Positions 1-18,561 of a DNA stretch of 64,000 nucleotides are shown here, one piece after another. Source of the stretch: the human T2T-CHM13v2.0 reference genome, Homo sapiens; the NCBI RefSeq assembly GCF_009914755.1, contig NC_060937.1. One strand, given 5' to 3'. Positions within the stretch are counted from its first letter, which is position 1, and each line of letters starts with the position of its first letter. A program made the translations under genes and the position numbers. The notes below the pieces were generated by a model, which saw only the letters and a program-made list of their open reading frames with translations, had not been told where the DNA came from and did no database searches.

Positions 1-1153
<1,153 letters not shown>

Positions 1154-2887
1154 GGGATAATTATTGATGGAGGTGCTGATTACATTCAGGAAACAGAAGC
1201 ACACTCATAAACTTTTAGTTGGTAGCAACAGAACACTCCCTTCCTCAGGTCAAAATACACACCGGCTAAGAGTTCCCTTTTGTAGCTCTTCCCAACTGTT
1301 GATACTCTGTACTGATAATACTAGTAAAGGCATCACAAAAAGTTCTTTCCACCATGTATACTTAGATGCAAAACAGTTCAAAAACCCAAAAATGTCAAAC
1401 TAGTCAAAAAATAAATCCAAATTAAAAAATGCAAAAACTAAATATGATTGTTAGCATTTTCTTATTATTGTGCACTATTTTCATAGGCTCAGGCTTCCAT
1501 AAAAAGCATGTGCATTCAACTATACACAGCAGAAATAAAATCATTAATACTTTCTTAGTGCATTCCAATTTTACTTTTTTCCTGTCTTCCTCTGCCGAAG
1601 GAGCCAAAATGTGTATTTCCCCACACTATCACAGGAAACAAAACAAGGGAATTCCACCTAAATTGAAGGATGTCAAATTCCCAGGCATAGCCAAGCAGGA
1701 TGTCAAAGGTCATGCCCCATATCTGACCAGCCCAAAATACTATTAATATATTTATAGCTAGAATGAATAACCATAAATCCAAAAGCTTTAGCCTGATGAA
1801 AGATAGAAGGGGCATTAAAAATTAAGTTTTCTAAGCCTACATGGATATGCTGTCCTAGTAACATTCAGGTTCATTTGCACAATAAACATGATCTAACAAG
1901 TCATTATGCTCTAATCAACAGCCGTTGATGTGATGTGCCTTGTGCAGGTCTGCGGGAAAGTGGCTGCTAACTTGTTTCAGGCCAGAGTAACAAGATAGCA
2001 ACCTGAGAGAGCAGGGACGTCCCCTGGAGAAGTAGGCTTTTGTGCAAAAAGCCCATCACAAACCTTAAGGTTTAATAAAAGTCAATGTCATTTTAAGTGA
2101 GTCTCAGCAAGCCACACAGAAACAAGCCTCATAGGGCACATGACTAAGTGGAAAGGGGTTGTCTTCATTTCAAATCCAAGGAGTGTATTCACACAGTTAA
2201 GGATCACAGACAATTCTGTCTTGAAAAGAATCCCTCTGATGCATTACTCTACAATCTGAAGTGTTTTAAGTTCTCATTTTATCTCTCTGACTTAATTACT
2301 TCTTCCTCCCAATACCCTTTAAAATCAATTCTCTAAAAAAATGGGGGGTGGGGAGTATAAATGAGGCTTAATTGGAGGCCCCCAAGTTGTCAATCATGAC
2401 AGAATTGATGACTTCTGTGGATGAAAGTGTTTTCCTTTTCCCTTCTTGCCATAAACACAGGCGGAAGTCATGGTTAGTCTAAGAAACATAACCATCAACA
2501 GTTTGTCTTTGATTAAAATGTGTCCCTATTTTCATCGCAAAGGAAATTATTAAGTAGGGTCCTCCTATATGTTCAGCATTTTACATGACCCAAGATCATT
2601 TACATCGTTCAATGAGATCACAGAGCACAATAATTATTTTAATTTTTTTCTTAAAAATATAATGTATAAGGCATACAATCAAATTAGGTAATAAATTCAG
2701 AAATTGACTCACTTCAAACATATACCCTCCAATTGTGAGGAATGAGAAATTCACCATAAATTATGAGCTCCATCTGTACTGATATATTCCCTTCATTTTA
2801 TTCCACATTCCCCACATTCTTCACCTCTAGTTCAGAATAAAGCAATCACACCAAAGAATGCAATGGCACAAACTTTAACATTCAAAC

Positions 2888-3445
2888 TATTACAGGAAAG
2901 GGGTCCCAATCCAGACCTCAAATGACAGTTCTTGGATCTCCCACAAGGAAGAATTCTGGACGAGTCCCTAGAGTAAAGTGAAAGCAAGTTTATTAGGAAA
3001 GTAAAGTAATAAAAGAATGGCTACTCCGTAGACAAAGCAGCCCAAGGGCTGCTGATTGCCCATTTTTATGGCTATTTCTTGATGATATGCTAAACGAGGG
3101 GTGGATTATTCATGCCTCCCCTTTTTAGACTATATATATAGAGTAACTTCCTGACTTTGCCACAGCACTTGTAAACTGTCATGGGGCTTGTGGGAGTGTG
3201 GCAGTGAGAACAACCAGAGGTCACTCTCGTGGCCATCTTTGTTTTGGTGGGTTTTAGCTGGCTTCTTTACTGCAACCTGTTTTACCAGCAAGGTCTTTAT
3301 GACCTGTATCTTGTGCTGACCAACTATCTCATCCAGTGAGTTAGAATGCCTTAACCGTCTGGGAATGCAGCCCAGTAGGTCTCAGCCTCATTTTACCCAG
3401 CTCCTATTCAAAATGGAGTTGCTCTGGTTCACACGCCTCTTGACA
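2888..3445 (-). mobile_element. MER41A solo LTR (ERV1)
   Basis: Full-length match to the MER41 consensus (minus strand TGTCA...AACCAGAGCAACTCCAT...GGACCCCTTTCCTGTAATA). 4-bp TSD aaac at 2884-2887 and 3446-3449. Lacks the MER41B tandem GAS segment. Confidence 0.88.
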
Positions 3446-3693
3446 AAACTACTTTTTAAGAGGTTTGAATCTCAATTAAGCTGAACAGATTAAGAATGTT
3501 TATTTCTGAGTTAGGCACCAAAGGAAGGACAGTAGGCTAAAAAGAGATCACAAAGAAGGGCAGTGACACCCTGAGGGTCCACTCCTCAAGCACAGGGACA
3601 GGCCGATTCCAAGACCAACCTAAACACTCAAGAGCAGGCAGGTAATTATTGAAGCCTGTGACAATCATGCTTTTTAAATTGTTATTTTAATAA

Positions 3694-4215
<522 letters not shown>

Positions 4216-4636
4216 CCTGGATGGACTCTGCTTCCTTTTTATAAAAAGTACGTTCTAGGTACAGTTCAGAACACTGAAAGTATCAAAATGGCACTTCAAG
4301 AAATACAAAGCACCTTAAAGAAATACCCAGAATTACTGGAATATAATTCCCTAGGAGAACCACTACAGAGCACAGAGGTCACAGCAGGGAAAGTATCCAC
4401 TCCAAAACCAGAAAAGAGGATATCAATAACATCAAAACATGCCTAATTACAGGAATCTTTAACCCTGATAAATTTCCTTAGTATGAATTTTTTTAATTAT
4501 ACCAAATAACTTCAAGAGAGGAAAAAATAAAACATTTTGATGACCTCTAAAATGTAGTCATCAACTGCTAAATGTTTAAAAATAGTGTTTTATCATCATC
4601 AGAAAGACTTCATGTTAATACAAATACATGACATAC

Positions 4637-4715
4637 AAATATACATCTAAATATACATTATATTTATAACATAAATATACATCTAAATATACATCATATT
4701 TATAATATAAATATA
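4637..4715. repeat. AT-rich 36-bp tandem repeat, about 2.2 copies
   Basis: aaatatacatctaaatatacat(t/c)atatttataa(c/t)at twice. Confidence 0.85.
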
Positions 4716-5268
4716 AGATTATAAATAAATTCAGGTCCTACAAAATTCATTCTATCTCAAAATTTCACAAATTCAACAAACTGCTCCAGGCACACCGGTA
4801 ACAGAAGAGACTGGGAGTATGGGAATCTTTCAAATTCAACGTATGTAAATGTCATAATGGGCCACTGAAGAGAAAATTAAATCCTAAAAGGTTGAAGGGG
4901 AGAGACCAATTCAGTCATACAGATTGAAGAACTCTCAGGGTAGGATGATCCACAGGAAGCTTTCCCATTCACCACATGTAAATTTCATGATGGCCTACAT
5001 ACCTACCCATCCAGAGAGAAAAGTTTCCAATGCAACCAGCTTGGTGCCAAGTACACAAACAACCCCAATCGATATTTACAAGTTTTGCAAGTTCCCCTCT
5101 CCTCCCTCCCCACTCCCCGTTTAGGAGGTAGCCCTGCAGAGAGAGAGTTCTGCTGCAAACAGATGAGGTAACTGTAATTCAAGAGAGCCCACTTTCTCCT
5201 GTATTCAAATCACAGTATAGTATGAATGATGGCAGGCTGAAACCTACTGGTGTAACAAACTGGTGATT

Positions 5269-5517
5269 CTTTTTTTTTTTTTTTTTTGAGTTGGAGTCTC
5301 TGTCGCCCAGGCTGGAGTGTAGCGGCAAGATCTCCGCTCACTGCAACCTCTGGCTCCCCAGGGTCCGCCAACACGCCTGGCTAATTTTTGCATTTTTAGT
5401 AAACACGAGGTTTCGCCATGTGGCCCAGGCTGGTATCGAACTCCTAACCTCAGGTTATCCACCCGCCTAGGCCTCCCAAAGTACTGGGATTACAGGCGTG
5501 AGCCACCGTGCCGGCCC
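5269..5517 (-). mobile_element. Alu with an internal deletion in the right arm
   Basis: Alu consensus, about 50 bp missing near 5360. Confidence 0.9.
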
Positions 5518-5863
5518 AAACTGATGATTCTGCAAATTAAACCTCACAGCTCATGAAGGCACATCATCTCTGATACAAAATTATGGTGACTGAACATGCC
5601 TATCTTGATGTTACTTATGCAACTCTATCCTGAAGGTTAGAGAAGAGAAAAAACCTTTTTCATGTCAAAATAGAACAATAAAATCCACATTGTGACCGTT
5701 ACTACCTCAAGAATCTGCCAAAATAAGAGCTTCTAGCTAAACCATATGCAAACCATTTCCTTTGACCTTGCTTCCAAGCAACCAAAATGTCTCAAGTATT
5801 TGACGTTTACTTGTATGAACCACTCCCAAATATTTATGTGGTTATTTTGCTTTCAAGCTTTGA

Positions 5864-6246
<383 letters not shown>

Positions 6247-7175
6247 TCTAAATGCATTTCTTTTCAGGTACAGAATGCAGGGTGCCTTTTCACTCTCACC
6301 CTTGCCACTGCTGCAAGATGAAGACCCTCTCATTCTGTGCTGGGGATTCCTCACTCAAAGAGGGGTTTTCGCTCAGCCACTTGCATGGCAGGCTTCTGAG
6401 CCTGGTACCCGCAGAGGAAATGCACTAATTTTTTAATTAAAAAAGGAAAACCAATATGAAAGGAGAGGGCCGAAACACTGAGGAGACAAAGCCCAGTGCC
6501 TCCCGGCCTCAGCTAACTCTTCAGAATACCAAACCATTGAAGAAATCTTTATCTTCCCACATAATGCAAACTGGTTTCCCTCTTCCTCCTTTCCTCATTA
6601 GGCCCAAATAAGACTTAGGAGGATTAATCATGCGCATTGGCTTTTTTACTGCAGTTACAAAATACAACCACAGAGGTTCCCTCCCTTTCCTGATGCCAGG
6701 TTCACTTGGCTACTTTCAGATTTTTAACTGAGCAAAAACCCAGCCCCTCACCAGTAAGTACTTTGTAAGTACTCACCAGTACTTACAAAGGCAGTACTAT
6801 AACACCTTCAAGATGGGGAAACCACGGTTTTAAACAGAAACACATATTTTCCCTCAACATGGATGCTTTATCATATCTCTAACATAGTAAGAGTAGAGAG
6901 TCACAAAACCATGACCTATATTTTCCAGACTGTTAGAACAGCAATTGAGAAAAACTGTTTATCCAAGAAATATCTTTAATGAAACAAAAAAGAACAAAAG
7001 CATACAAGGGAAGCCCTCTCTTCCACCCTCTTTCTCATCACAGTTTTGCCCTTATCAGATAAGACAGGTAGGGGTTCCAGGGCTGTTAAGCTCATGGGGT
7101 ATATCATTAGGACCAGCTCTGTAACTGGAACTGCTCAAAGAATGAATGACATCTTTATTAAGACAAACATCATCT

Positions 7176-7300
7176 GACCAGGCTCGGTGGCTCATGCCTG
7201 TAATCTCAGCACTTTGGGAGGCTGAGGTGGGCAGGTCACAAGGTCAGGAGTTCAAGACCAGCCTAGCCAAGACAGTGAAACCTCATCTCTACTAAAAATA

Positions 7301-7333
<33 letters not shown>

Positions 7334-7510
7334 AGCCAGGCGTGGTGGTGGCCGCCTGTAATCCCAGCTACTCAGGAGGCTGAGACGGAGAACTACTTGA
7401 ACTCTGGAGGCGGAGGTTGCAGTGAACCGAGATGGTGTCACTGCACTCCAGCCTGGGCGACAGAGCGAGACTCTGTCACAAAAAAAAAAAAAAAGAAGAA
7501 AAAGAAAAAG
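7176..7510 (+). mobile_element. AluS with an expanded central A tract
   Basis: Alu consensus; long A run at ~7303-7331; TSD aagacaaacatcatct. Confidence 0.9.
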
Positions 7511-7971
7511 ACAAACATCATCTAGGGAGAAAAATACATCAACGCAGAAAAAAAAGATTTTCTTTTTAGGTCTCGAAGATCTGTATACAAGATGCTGGAA
7601 CCAAGTCACACTGAAAAAGTTGACAGCCTGGAAATTTCTATATGTGGCTGGCCAGAGATGTATAAAGAATACAGTGGGGCTTACTGGAGATAACAGCACT
7701 TCCCAGATGAGGGGTGCTGCAGTGTAGACCAAGGGGCCACGACACTTTAGAGGTGGTACTGGCCTCTGAGAAGGCAGAGGTCTCTAAGAATTAAAGAACT
7801 CCTATGACTTAAGGTCAGCAGAGATAGGCTATCTTGAAAGAAATGATCTACCTCCCTTCCCTGAGGGAGATAAGAACCCTCAGGGAACCCTCCCTTCAAA
7901 ATTAGAACCAAGATGAGAATGAAGTTGAAGGATGAAGATGTTTTATATAATATCTTTACTTACAAAAATTA

Positions 7972-8913
<942 letters not shown>

Positions 8914-9813
8914 ACAGCTCTCCTCAACACTTGCCATTTCTAAATGGCTGATGAGTGTTATTTAATCTACAACTGTGCCTTCTGATGTGCCACAATGCCA
9001 TTTTTACTGCATAAACCTTTTGGTTCAACATGAGCTAGTCAGACTCACTCCAAGTACACTTAACAGTTAATACATTCAGTCCTATTGGACTGTAATGGTG
9101 TCAGTTTTGCATTTGGCCTATCCAAATTTAACCTCCTCTGGATCTATTGAAATATCCCATTATAATCTTCATTCTTGCATTTGGGTTAGTGGGAAGATAA
9201 TTATTGCAATAAGAAAGCCATCAAGGATATCTAATATTTAGCTAAGGCAATATTAGAACTGACATTTACATTTTGAAGTATCTTTTCAAGCCAATATAAC
9301 CTTCCCTCATAATTGCCTTAAGTATATTTTGAAATTGCTGACTTCAATTCAGAATTTCTCATTTTTCAAAAAAGCAAGACTTAATTTAATAGTAATCTTT
9401 CTTTCTTTGAATCACTCTGCTACCAGGACACTGGGCCTCACTGAAGTTAATTTTAAAGAACAGATCAAGCAAAAAGCTAAATACATTGTAAATGCCAACT
9501 ATTCACATTAAGTCAATTACATAATCTGTTCTATGTATTGCCAAATTCCGTATGTCAGTTTCAAAATCAACTGCAGTACACTGGCTATAAATTGCATTCC
9601 ATAGGTCTCCATATTTACACAAGTGTGTTCCTAAGTAGTTGCATTTTAAAATTGTTTAATGTAATCATATTTTCATAATTTCTTATTTGGCAAAAACAAA
9701 GATATCATTTGATAAATTTGGTCCATAACACAGCATTATTTTCATAATATGTCCTTTCTACCTATACTTTTCAAACTGTTTGTGTATTTCACATGCCTAT
9801 CACTCTGAGAAAT

Positions 9814-10612
9814 TTTTTTTTTTTTTTGAGACCGAGTCTCTCTCTGTCGCCCAGGCTGGAGTGCAGTGGCACGATCCAGGCTCACTGTAAGCTCCGCCTC
9901 CTGGATTCACACCATTCTCCCGCCTCAGCCTCCCGAGTAGCTGTGACTACAGGCACCCGCCACCACACTTGGCTAATTTTTTTCTGTCTTTTTAGTAGAG
10001 ACGGGATTTCACCGTGTTAGCCAGGATGGTCTCAATCTCCTGACTTCGCACTCAGAGAAACTGATGCTTCCCATATTTTCAGGCCTTTATGAATGCCAGT
10101 CCACCATCCCAAAAATATATCTTGAAAATAAGATGAACTAATGGACAGAAAGATGTGCATTTACACAGATATATGATCAAGCAAGCATAATGAAATGTCA
10201 TTAGTAGAAAAGGTAGTAGAAATTCTTCCAATTTTGCTGAATGCTTGAAAATTTTCATAGCGAAATCGTAAGGGAACAATCTCCCATCCTTTTTTTTCTT
10301 TTTTTTTTTTTTTTGAGATGGGAGTCTTGCTGTGTCGCCCAGGCTGGACTACAGTGGCGTGATCTCGGCTAACCGCAACCTCCACCCCTCCAACCCCGTG
10401 CCCCAAGTTCAAGCAATTCTCCTGCCTCAGCCTCACAAGTAGCTGGGACTACAGATGCATGCCACCACACTCACTTAATCTCTTCTATTTTTAGCAGTGA
10501 CAGGGTGTTGCCATGTTGGCCAAGCTGGTTTCTAACTCCTGACCTCAAATGATCTGCCCACCTTGGCCTCCCAAAGTGCTGGGATTACAGGCATGACCCA
10601 CTGTGCCAGGCC
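9814..10612 (-). mobile_element. 5'-truncated AluY-like element (9814-10047) and Alu (10290-10612)
   Basis: Alu consensus; cactc(t/a)gagaaa flanks the first element. Confidence 0.9.
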
Positions 10613-11706
10613 CAATCTCCCATTTTCAAAGCCTGGTTCAACGGCCAATACAGAACTTCATTTTTCTCTAAGACACTTAACTCTTCCCACTGTATATCAT
10701 AGTTACTTACACATTGCATCTAGTCTTCCTACTGGATCTATGTTTTGAGTCATTGCTACCACTCAAAAACACCTAGCACATCTTGTACACAGTAATTATT
10801 CAACAAATAAATGGAAAAAAAAGGACTCTGACAATCTGTTGAAAACAAAATAATCACTGTTCTTTAGTTATACTACTTCTTAAATTATTCTCACATGATA
10901 CAGACTGTGATATTCTCAACACACAGGAAGCTGAAATATAAAAGACCCATGTATCAAGAAAGAATTTTTTTCCTAACAACATATTTACAATGTAACTGAG
11001 AAGCCAAGACATACAGACATTAAAGTTAAATTATATATAATACACAGCAGCATGAATTAAAAGATTACCAGATATTCACTCAGAGGACAAAAATTCCTCT
11101 GGGTAGGAGCCAAGATTGGAAGTTGGTGAACTGACTTGAACCTTGCACACTGAGCAAGATCTGCTGAATTTCAGGGCTCAAGATGATCTAAGCTCTGGGG
11201 ACAGGAGCGTCTAGGCCTGAAATACTAAAAGCTAAACGAGGGGAATGGTTAGCGGGTAGGAACGGAAAGTCTCAACAGACCCTGAGAAAGAAGAGTTAAC
11301 AGACTTGGGAACACTAAACACCAGGAGAGTGCTCAAGAAGACACCAAGGTTTGAAAACTAGGGAAAGAACTAACTAGACCATTAACCCAACTGGGGACCT
11401 TGAAATGAGCCATCTGAGGGCAGGGGGAAATACAGTATGTTCAGTTTTAGACATGCTGGATTTGAGATAAAAGTGGGACCTCCAGAGCCTTTAGGTAACT
11501 GGATACACAAGGCAACAGAGAGTAAGTTACCTAAGAAAATACCAGAGAAAAAGTCCACAACTAGTCCTGAGGTATACTTATGAATGAGGATAGGAGAAGG
11601 AAAAATAAGCGAACCAACTGGAGAAGCCAGATGGCAGGAGGACCATTGTAATGGAATCCAAGATAAGAAACGATTTCTCAAAGCAAAGCTAAGAAAAGGA
11701 AGACGT

Positions 11707-12355
<649 letters not shown>

Positions 12356-13774
12356 TCATAAAGAGTGTAGCTTCAGGGATCATCAGAACAAAAACCAGAA
12401 TTGGGGGCTACACAGGCTAATTCCCTAAACAGCTCTCCCTTGATTTTTTTTTTTTCCTGTAATGAATATGGCTTGAAATAAAGGACACATTTTGAACTTA
12501 TGTCCTTATTAAAGTAATAAGTGAAGGTAAAAATTCACTAAATTGTATGATGAGGAGCTGCAGATTTACCTTTTTAGTAGTATTTGACTTAATATCAAAA
12601 CTAACTTGCTTTTTTGTTTTCCTTTTTAGTTTTTATCAAAACTATACAAAAATGGATGAAAGAAAAAAAAAGTAGCCCAAATGCCTGCCAAGTAGCAAGA
12701 ATAAGTCAACCCTAGATTCAACTATTGGCGGTGCTTAACCTACAAGTTGATAAACCACAGGGAGAAGACGGAATAGAGTAAACTGGGATGCTAATGAATA
12801 AAGCAAGTTTTTAAAAAGGCTGAACCATATAAAATAGCCAACGTACAAAAATGTGTTTTTCATGTTTCCTATGTTCCTTAGAAGACTACAAATAACAAGT
12901 AGTAATACCTACAAAAGAATTTCTGTGCCACTGACTTGATTTTTGTTCATCCTCATCAGCAACTGGCAAAGAGGAAGATGTCTTCCACACTCTAAGTATT
13001 TGTACACAGCATATCCCTTAGGCATCAAAATACATACTTTTTCAAGTACATGTGGTCTTCTGTTTCACAGCTGAGGAACACCACCAGAAGCATCAGAATT
13101 CTTTATGTACCAAGAAAAGGTGCTTGGTTATATGACCCCAGGGAGATCCTGGGGGGGCTGGGCAAGTCTCTGCAAGTTGTTGCTACAAAGGCAAAGGCAA
13201 ATCTTGAACTGCAGGGAAGCAGACCAACTCCCACACAATTGAAAATTCTGCCTTCCCCAATCACTATGTGGTATTTACACTGCCTTTCCAAGAGGATCCC
13301 CAAAAAGCCCCAAAGCTACAGCACATATAGGCCAAAAAAATGGCTGGGTAAATTCCCATGATGCCAGGGAACTGGGTAGTTTCCAAGGGCAGAGTGTTCC
13401 AGAAAAATGCAAATCATTCAGGCTTCCCCAGAGAAATTCCAGCCAAATACAGCTGCTATCTTAGAAAGCCTAACACAAAACTGCAGTTTAGATGCTTGGA
13501 TGAAGGGGCTAGAAGCACAAGGACAGGCAACATGTTTACAGTCTGCAAGGCATTCTAACTTGCCACTGAATATTCTTCCCCCTCATCCCATTTCGTATCG
13601 CCTCGGAGAAGATTCCTTGTGTGTGCGGAGCATGAAATCTATGTGTCTGCTGCTAATGTGATACCTTTTCAGCAATTTTGGGATCTTGAAGACCTTTAAC
13701 TTTTTTCAAGTTTACATGAGAATTAAAATGCCTTATTTTCAATAGTCAAGTGTTTGTCACTTAAAAAAAACTAG

Positions 13775-13926
13775 TCCATGAGCAGTGGCTCGTGCCGATA
13801 ATCCCAACTATTCGGGAGGCTGAGGTGGGAGGATCACTTGAGCCAGGGGCAGGCAGAGGTTGCAGTGAGCTGAGATCAAGCCACTACACTCCAGCCTGGG
13901 CAACAGAGTGAGACCCTGGCTCAGAA

Positions 13927-13968
<42 letters not shown>

Positions 13969-13970
13969 AA
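13775..13970 (+). mobile_element. Alu monomer with (AAC)n microsatellite tail
   Basis: Right-arm Alu sequence; about 13 AAC units at 13928-13967. Confidence 0.88.
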
Positions 13971-14257
13971 ATGAGAATCATTCAAAAAGAGGCCACTCTT
14001 CTCGCCATCCCCTCAACCAAGGACATGCCACAAAACCATGCGTAAAAAGTAAAGCTCTTGGGAGTCTGAAATGAAGTATTCCAATTTGGCATCTATTTTG
14101 GAATTTCTGAACAAAATGTTTTAGCTCTCAAATAGATTCAGGTAACTTTCAGCCCTTAATAAGATGCTACATTTAGCTGCATAACCCCCTCATCCATTTT
14201 AAATTATTTCTTCATTATCGCTTCCCCAAGTACATATACAGGATTATCAAGGCTTTC

Positions 14258-15241
<984 letters not shown>

Positions 15242-16971
15242 TTAAGTGGTATAGTCAAAGTCATTCTTTTAACCTAAAGTGTTCCTAATAATATCAAAAG
15301 AGTCAACTCAAAACTGCCATTTATTAAAAAAAATCAGAGTTCAAACTACCACTTCCCAAGCTTTAGAAGGCTTTCTATGTGAAAAAACAGGTCATGGAAA
15401 TGAAGTTTCATTATTTATAAATACTGCACTAGATTTAGAAGATCCCGGGTTTTCCAAAAGTCTTAGGTTCCACTTTGTGTGTGACCTTATAGCAATTCTA
15501 GCCAATATTACAACAAGTGTAAGACATTTAACATACCATCCCCACAAACACAAAATGCATATCCTTCAAATATAACCAGCACTTAACTATCTAAAGAATG
15601 ACATTAAAAGTTTTTGAATTCATTAACAGTTTTCCAACTAGTTTGTCCTATGCAAATGACTCAAACTTTCAGGCAGGCCCCAGGAAGCAGCACACAAGAA
15701 ACTATTTAATTAAAGATTCAGCCTAATTCCCAGTAGTAAATCACAGGAAATATTTTGTGCCAAAGCAACCTCTCCTCGGTCCTAAAACAGTTAAGTTTTG
15801 GTTGCTTTGCATTTAAAAACTGGATTTAAGTTAAAATTCATAGTAAAATTTCTCTTTTATGACTCTTAGAACAGGAGTCTTTCAGATCTGAGAGTGAAAC
15901 TTGGTTTTAACAAGTAACTCATTTTTATGAAACTAACCAAAAGACTAGTTATGAGTTAGAACAGCTCAGGTTGTTTCTTTTCTTCTTAAAATACCCTTTT
16001 ACTCAAACTGAAAATGTACTTGCTGCAATCAGACTTAAACCAACTGACATTACACCTGAAACACTTACTCATTTGAGAAAGGCAGCCTACTCCAAAGCAA
16101 AGCCCCATTAGGCTCCCACTGGGAGCTGCCCAAGGGCCTCCAATTCCAGACAGATAACTTAACAGGTCTCCTAGCTCTGGCAAATAAATTTAAAAAAAAA
16201 CTAAATTATTCTTGCATTTTTAAAAAAATCAGAACAAGAACCTGATAAAAATGGTTGTAAAGATGATTTAACATCAGAATCTATTTTTTAAAAACCTAAA
16301 TCTTAAAAAGTGTAAGCATATTCCTAGTTTAAGACTAACACTCTGACAATGCCATTTGAGACGCAAAACTAAAAATATCCCAAAACACTTCCTTTATCTT
16401 TAAAGAAAGGCACTCCAGCAAGTTGAAGTAGGTTGTATCCATTTCCAAGGACTAAAGAATGGTGTAAGTACACACTGTACTTTGAATGCAAAAAAAGGGG
16501 GGAGGATTTTTTTTTTAAATGGCTAATACTCTGTAACAGCTGAAGTGGAATTGATAGATGAGCAAGTAAGTCAAGTACTTAAATTCAAATGTTAAGTAAA
16601 ACAAGATTTGGCAGACAATTTCGATTTTGTGACTTAATAGAATATATGCTGAACTTAACGGTAAGAAGGCACTTTACTTTTTTGAAACACTTGGTAAAAT
16701 TGCATGTAATGCCTGGTAATGAAGCGATAAGTGATACCTTTACTCTAAAACACACTTTGGAAAAAATAAAATGAATCTTGAATTCCTTCTAAAGGAACTT
16801 CAATAAGGTGTGAGTAACTTAACCCTTTTGACACGCATTAACCACAGGGATGACACTGTGTGTAAAATAACCTTGGTGTTAACAACTGCGCAGCAAAGAC
16901 CAATCTTTATTATGCCGTGGAGTCCAATATGAGAGGCGAAGAAAGGTATGTTTTAAAAAGGTGTTTAGCTC

Positions 16972-17487
<516 letters not shown>

Positions 17488-17787
17488 TCAAGGCACCGCT
17501 CCCTCGACGCGCACCGCCACTCCGACTCCCTCAAAACATTGGTCGCAAAGCCCCCCCGCCTGGTCCTCCATGCTCAAGAATAGGGTGGCAAGGCAGGAAA
17601 AGACTCACACATCCCAGCCCCCGGCCCCTCAGGGCAGCCTCTGTGTTTCTAACTAAAAGCCTCCTACCAGGGGCAAGACCAAGTTCGGGCGCTTCCCCGC
17701 ATGGAGAAACGCTGGCCCCACGGCGCCCGGCCCCGACGCGCTGGCCCTTTAAAGGCGCGGGCTTCCTGCGCCCGGGGCCCCTCCCAC

Positions 17788-17814
17788 GCCACCGCCACCG
17801 CCACCGCCACCGCC
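17788..17814. repeat. (GCCACC)4 hexamer repeat
   Basis: Read directly from the sequence. Confidence 0.9.
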
Positions 17815-18561
17815 CGCGCCCGCCCCCGCCGAGGGTCACACTTGAACTTTAGCTCGCCCCGCGCGGCCAGGCGCCGGCGCTCCGCAGGCGGTGGCCGCCC
17901 CTTCGCACGTGTCGGAGGCACCACCTCGGGCTCGGGACGCCGGGCCCCCGGCACTCGAGGCCACTCCGGAGAAAACCAAAACAAAGCAAAATGCGCACCG
18001 CCTCCAGAAACTGCCCGGCAGGCCCTGCACCGTCCCCGGCCGGTCGCGCCCTGCCTGTCCCCTCCACCTGCAGCCCGGTCCCGGGGCAGCGAGGCTCCGG
18101 GGCCCCTCGCCGCGCCCTCCCCCGCCGCGCCCGGCGGAAACAGCTCCGCGGCGCGGCCGGAGAGAACCCGCCCTCCCCCCGCGGAGGTCCGGGAGGGAAG
18201 GGGCAGCCGAAGCAGTCGGCGCGGGCCGGGGGTTGCCGCTCCCAGCGAACCCCTTTCTCCTTTCACTGGCAAACTTTTCGGCCTCGCTCTGACGTCCACT
18301 TCTTGGCGCACTTTCTTTACTTAGTTCCCCAACGAGCCCCTTACCGCGTCCCACGCGAACTCCTGACTGGCGCGCACGCACACCTACTGCCGTCCCCGAC
18401 CGGACCCGGGCGAGGCCACCGCGACCACCGCTTCTCGCCCGCCCTCCTGGGAACGCGCTGCCCTCCTGCTCCGCACCTTCAGGCCGAGCAAACCTGCACA
18501 GCTGCGCCCTCGCCTGACCCACCGCGCCCCCAAGGTCCGGCCGCGCGCCGAGTCCACTCAC

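Noticed and set aside
2888-3445. MER41 as an interferon-gamma-inducible STAT1 enhancer
   Set aside because: This copy reads AAGGGGAGGCATGAATAATCC, the MER41A form that lacks the tandem GAS motifs.
4637-4715. 36-bp repeat resembling a CRISPR repeat in length
   Set aside because: Tandem copies with no spacers, low complexity, in human DNA.
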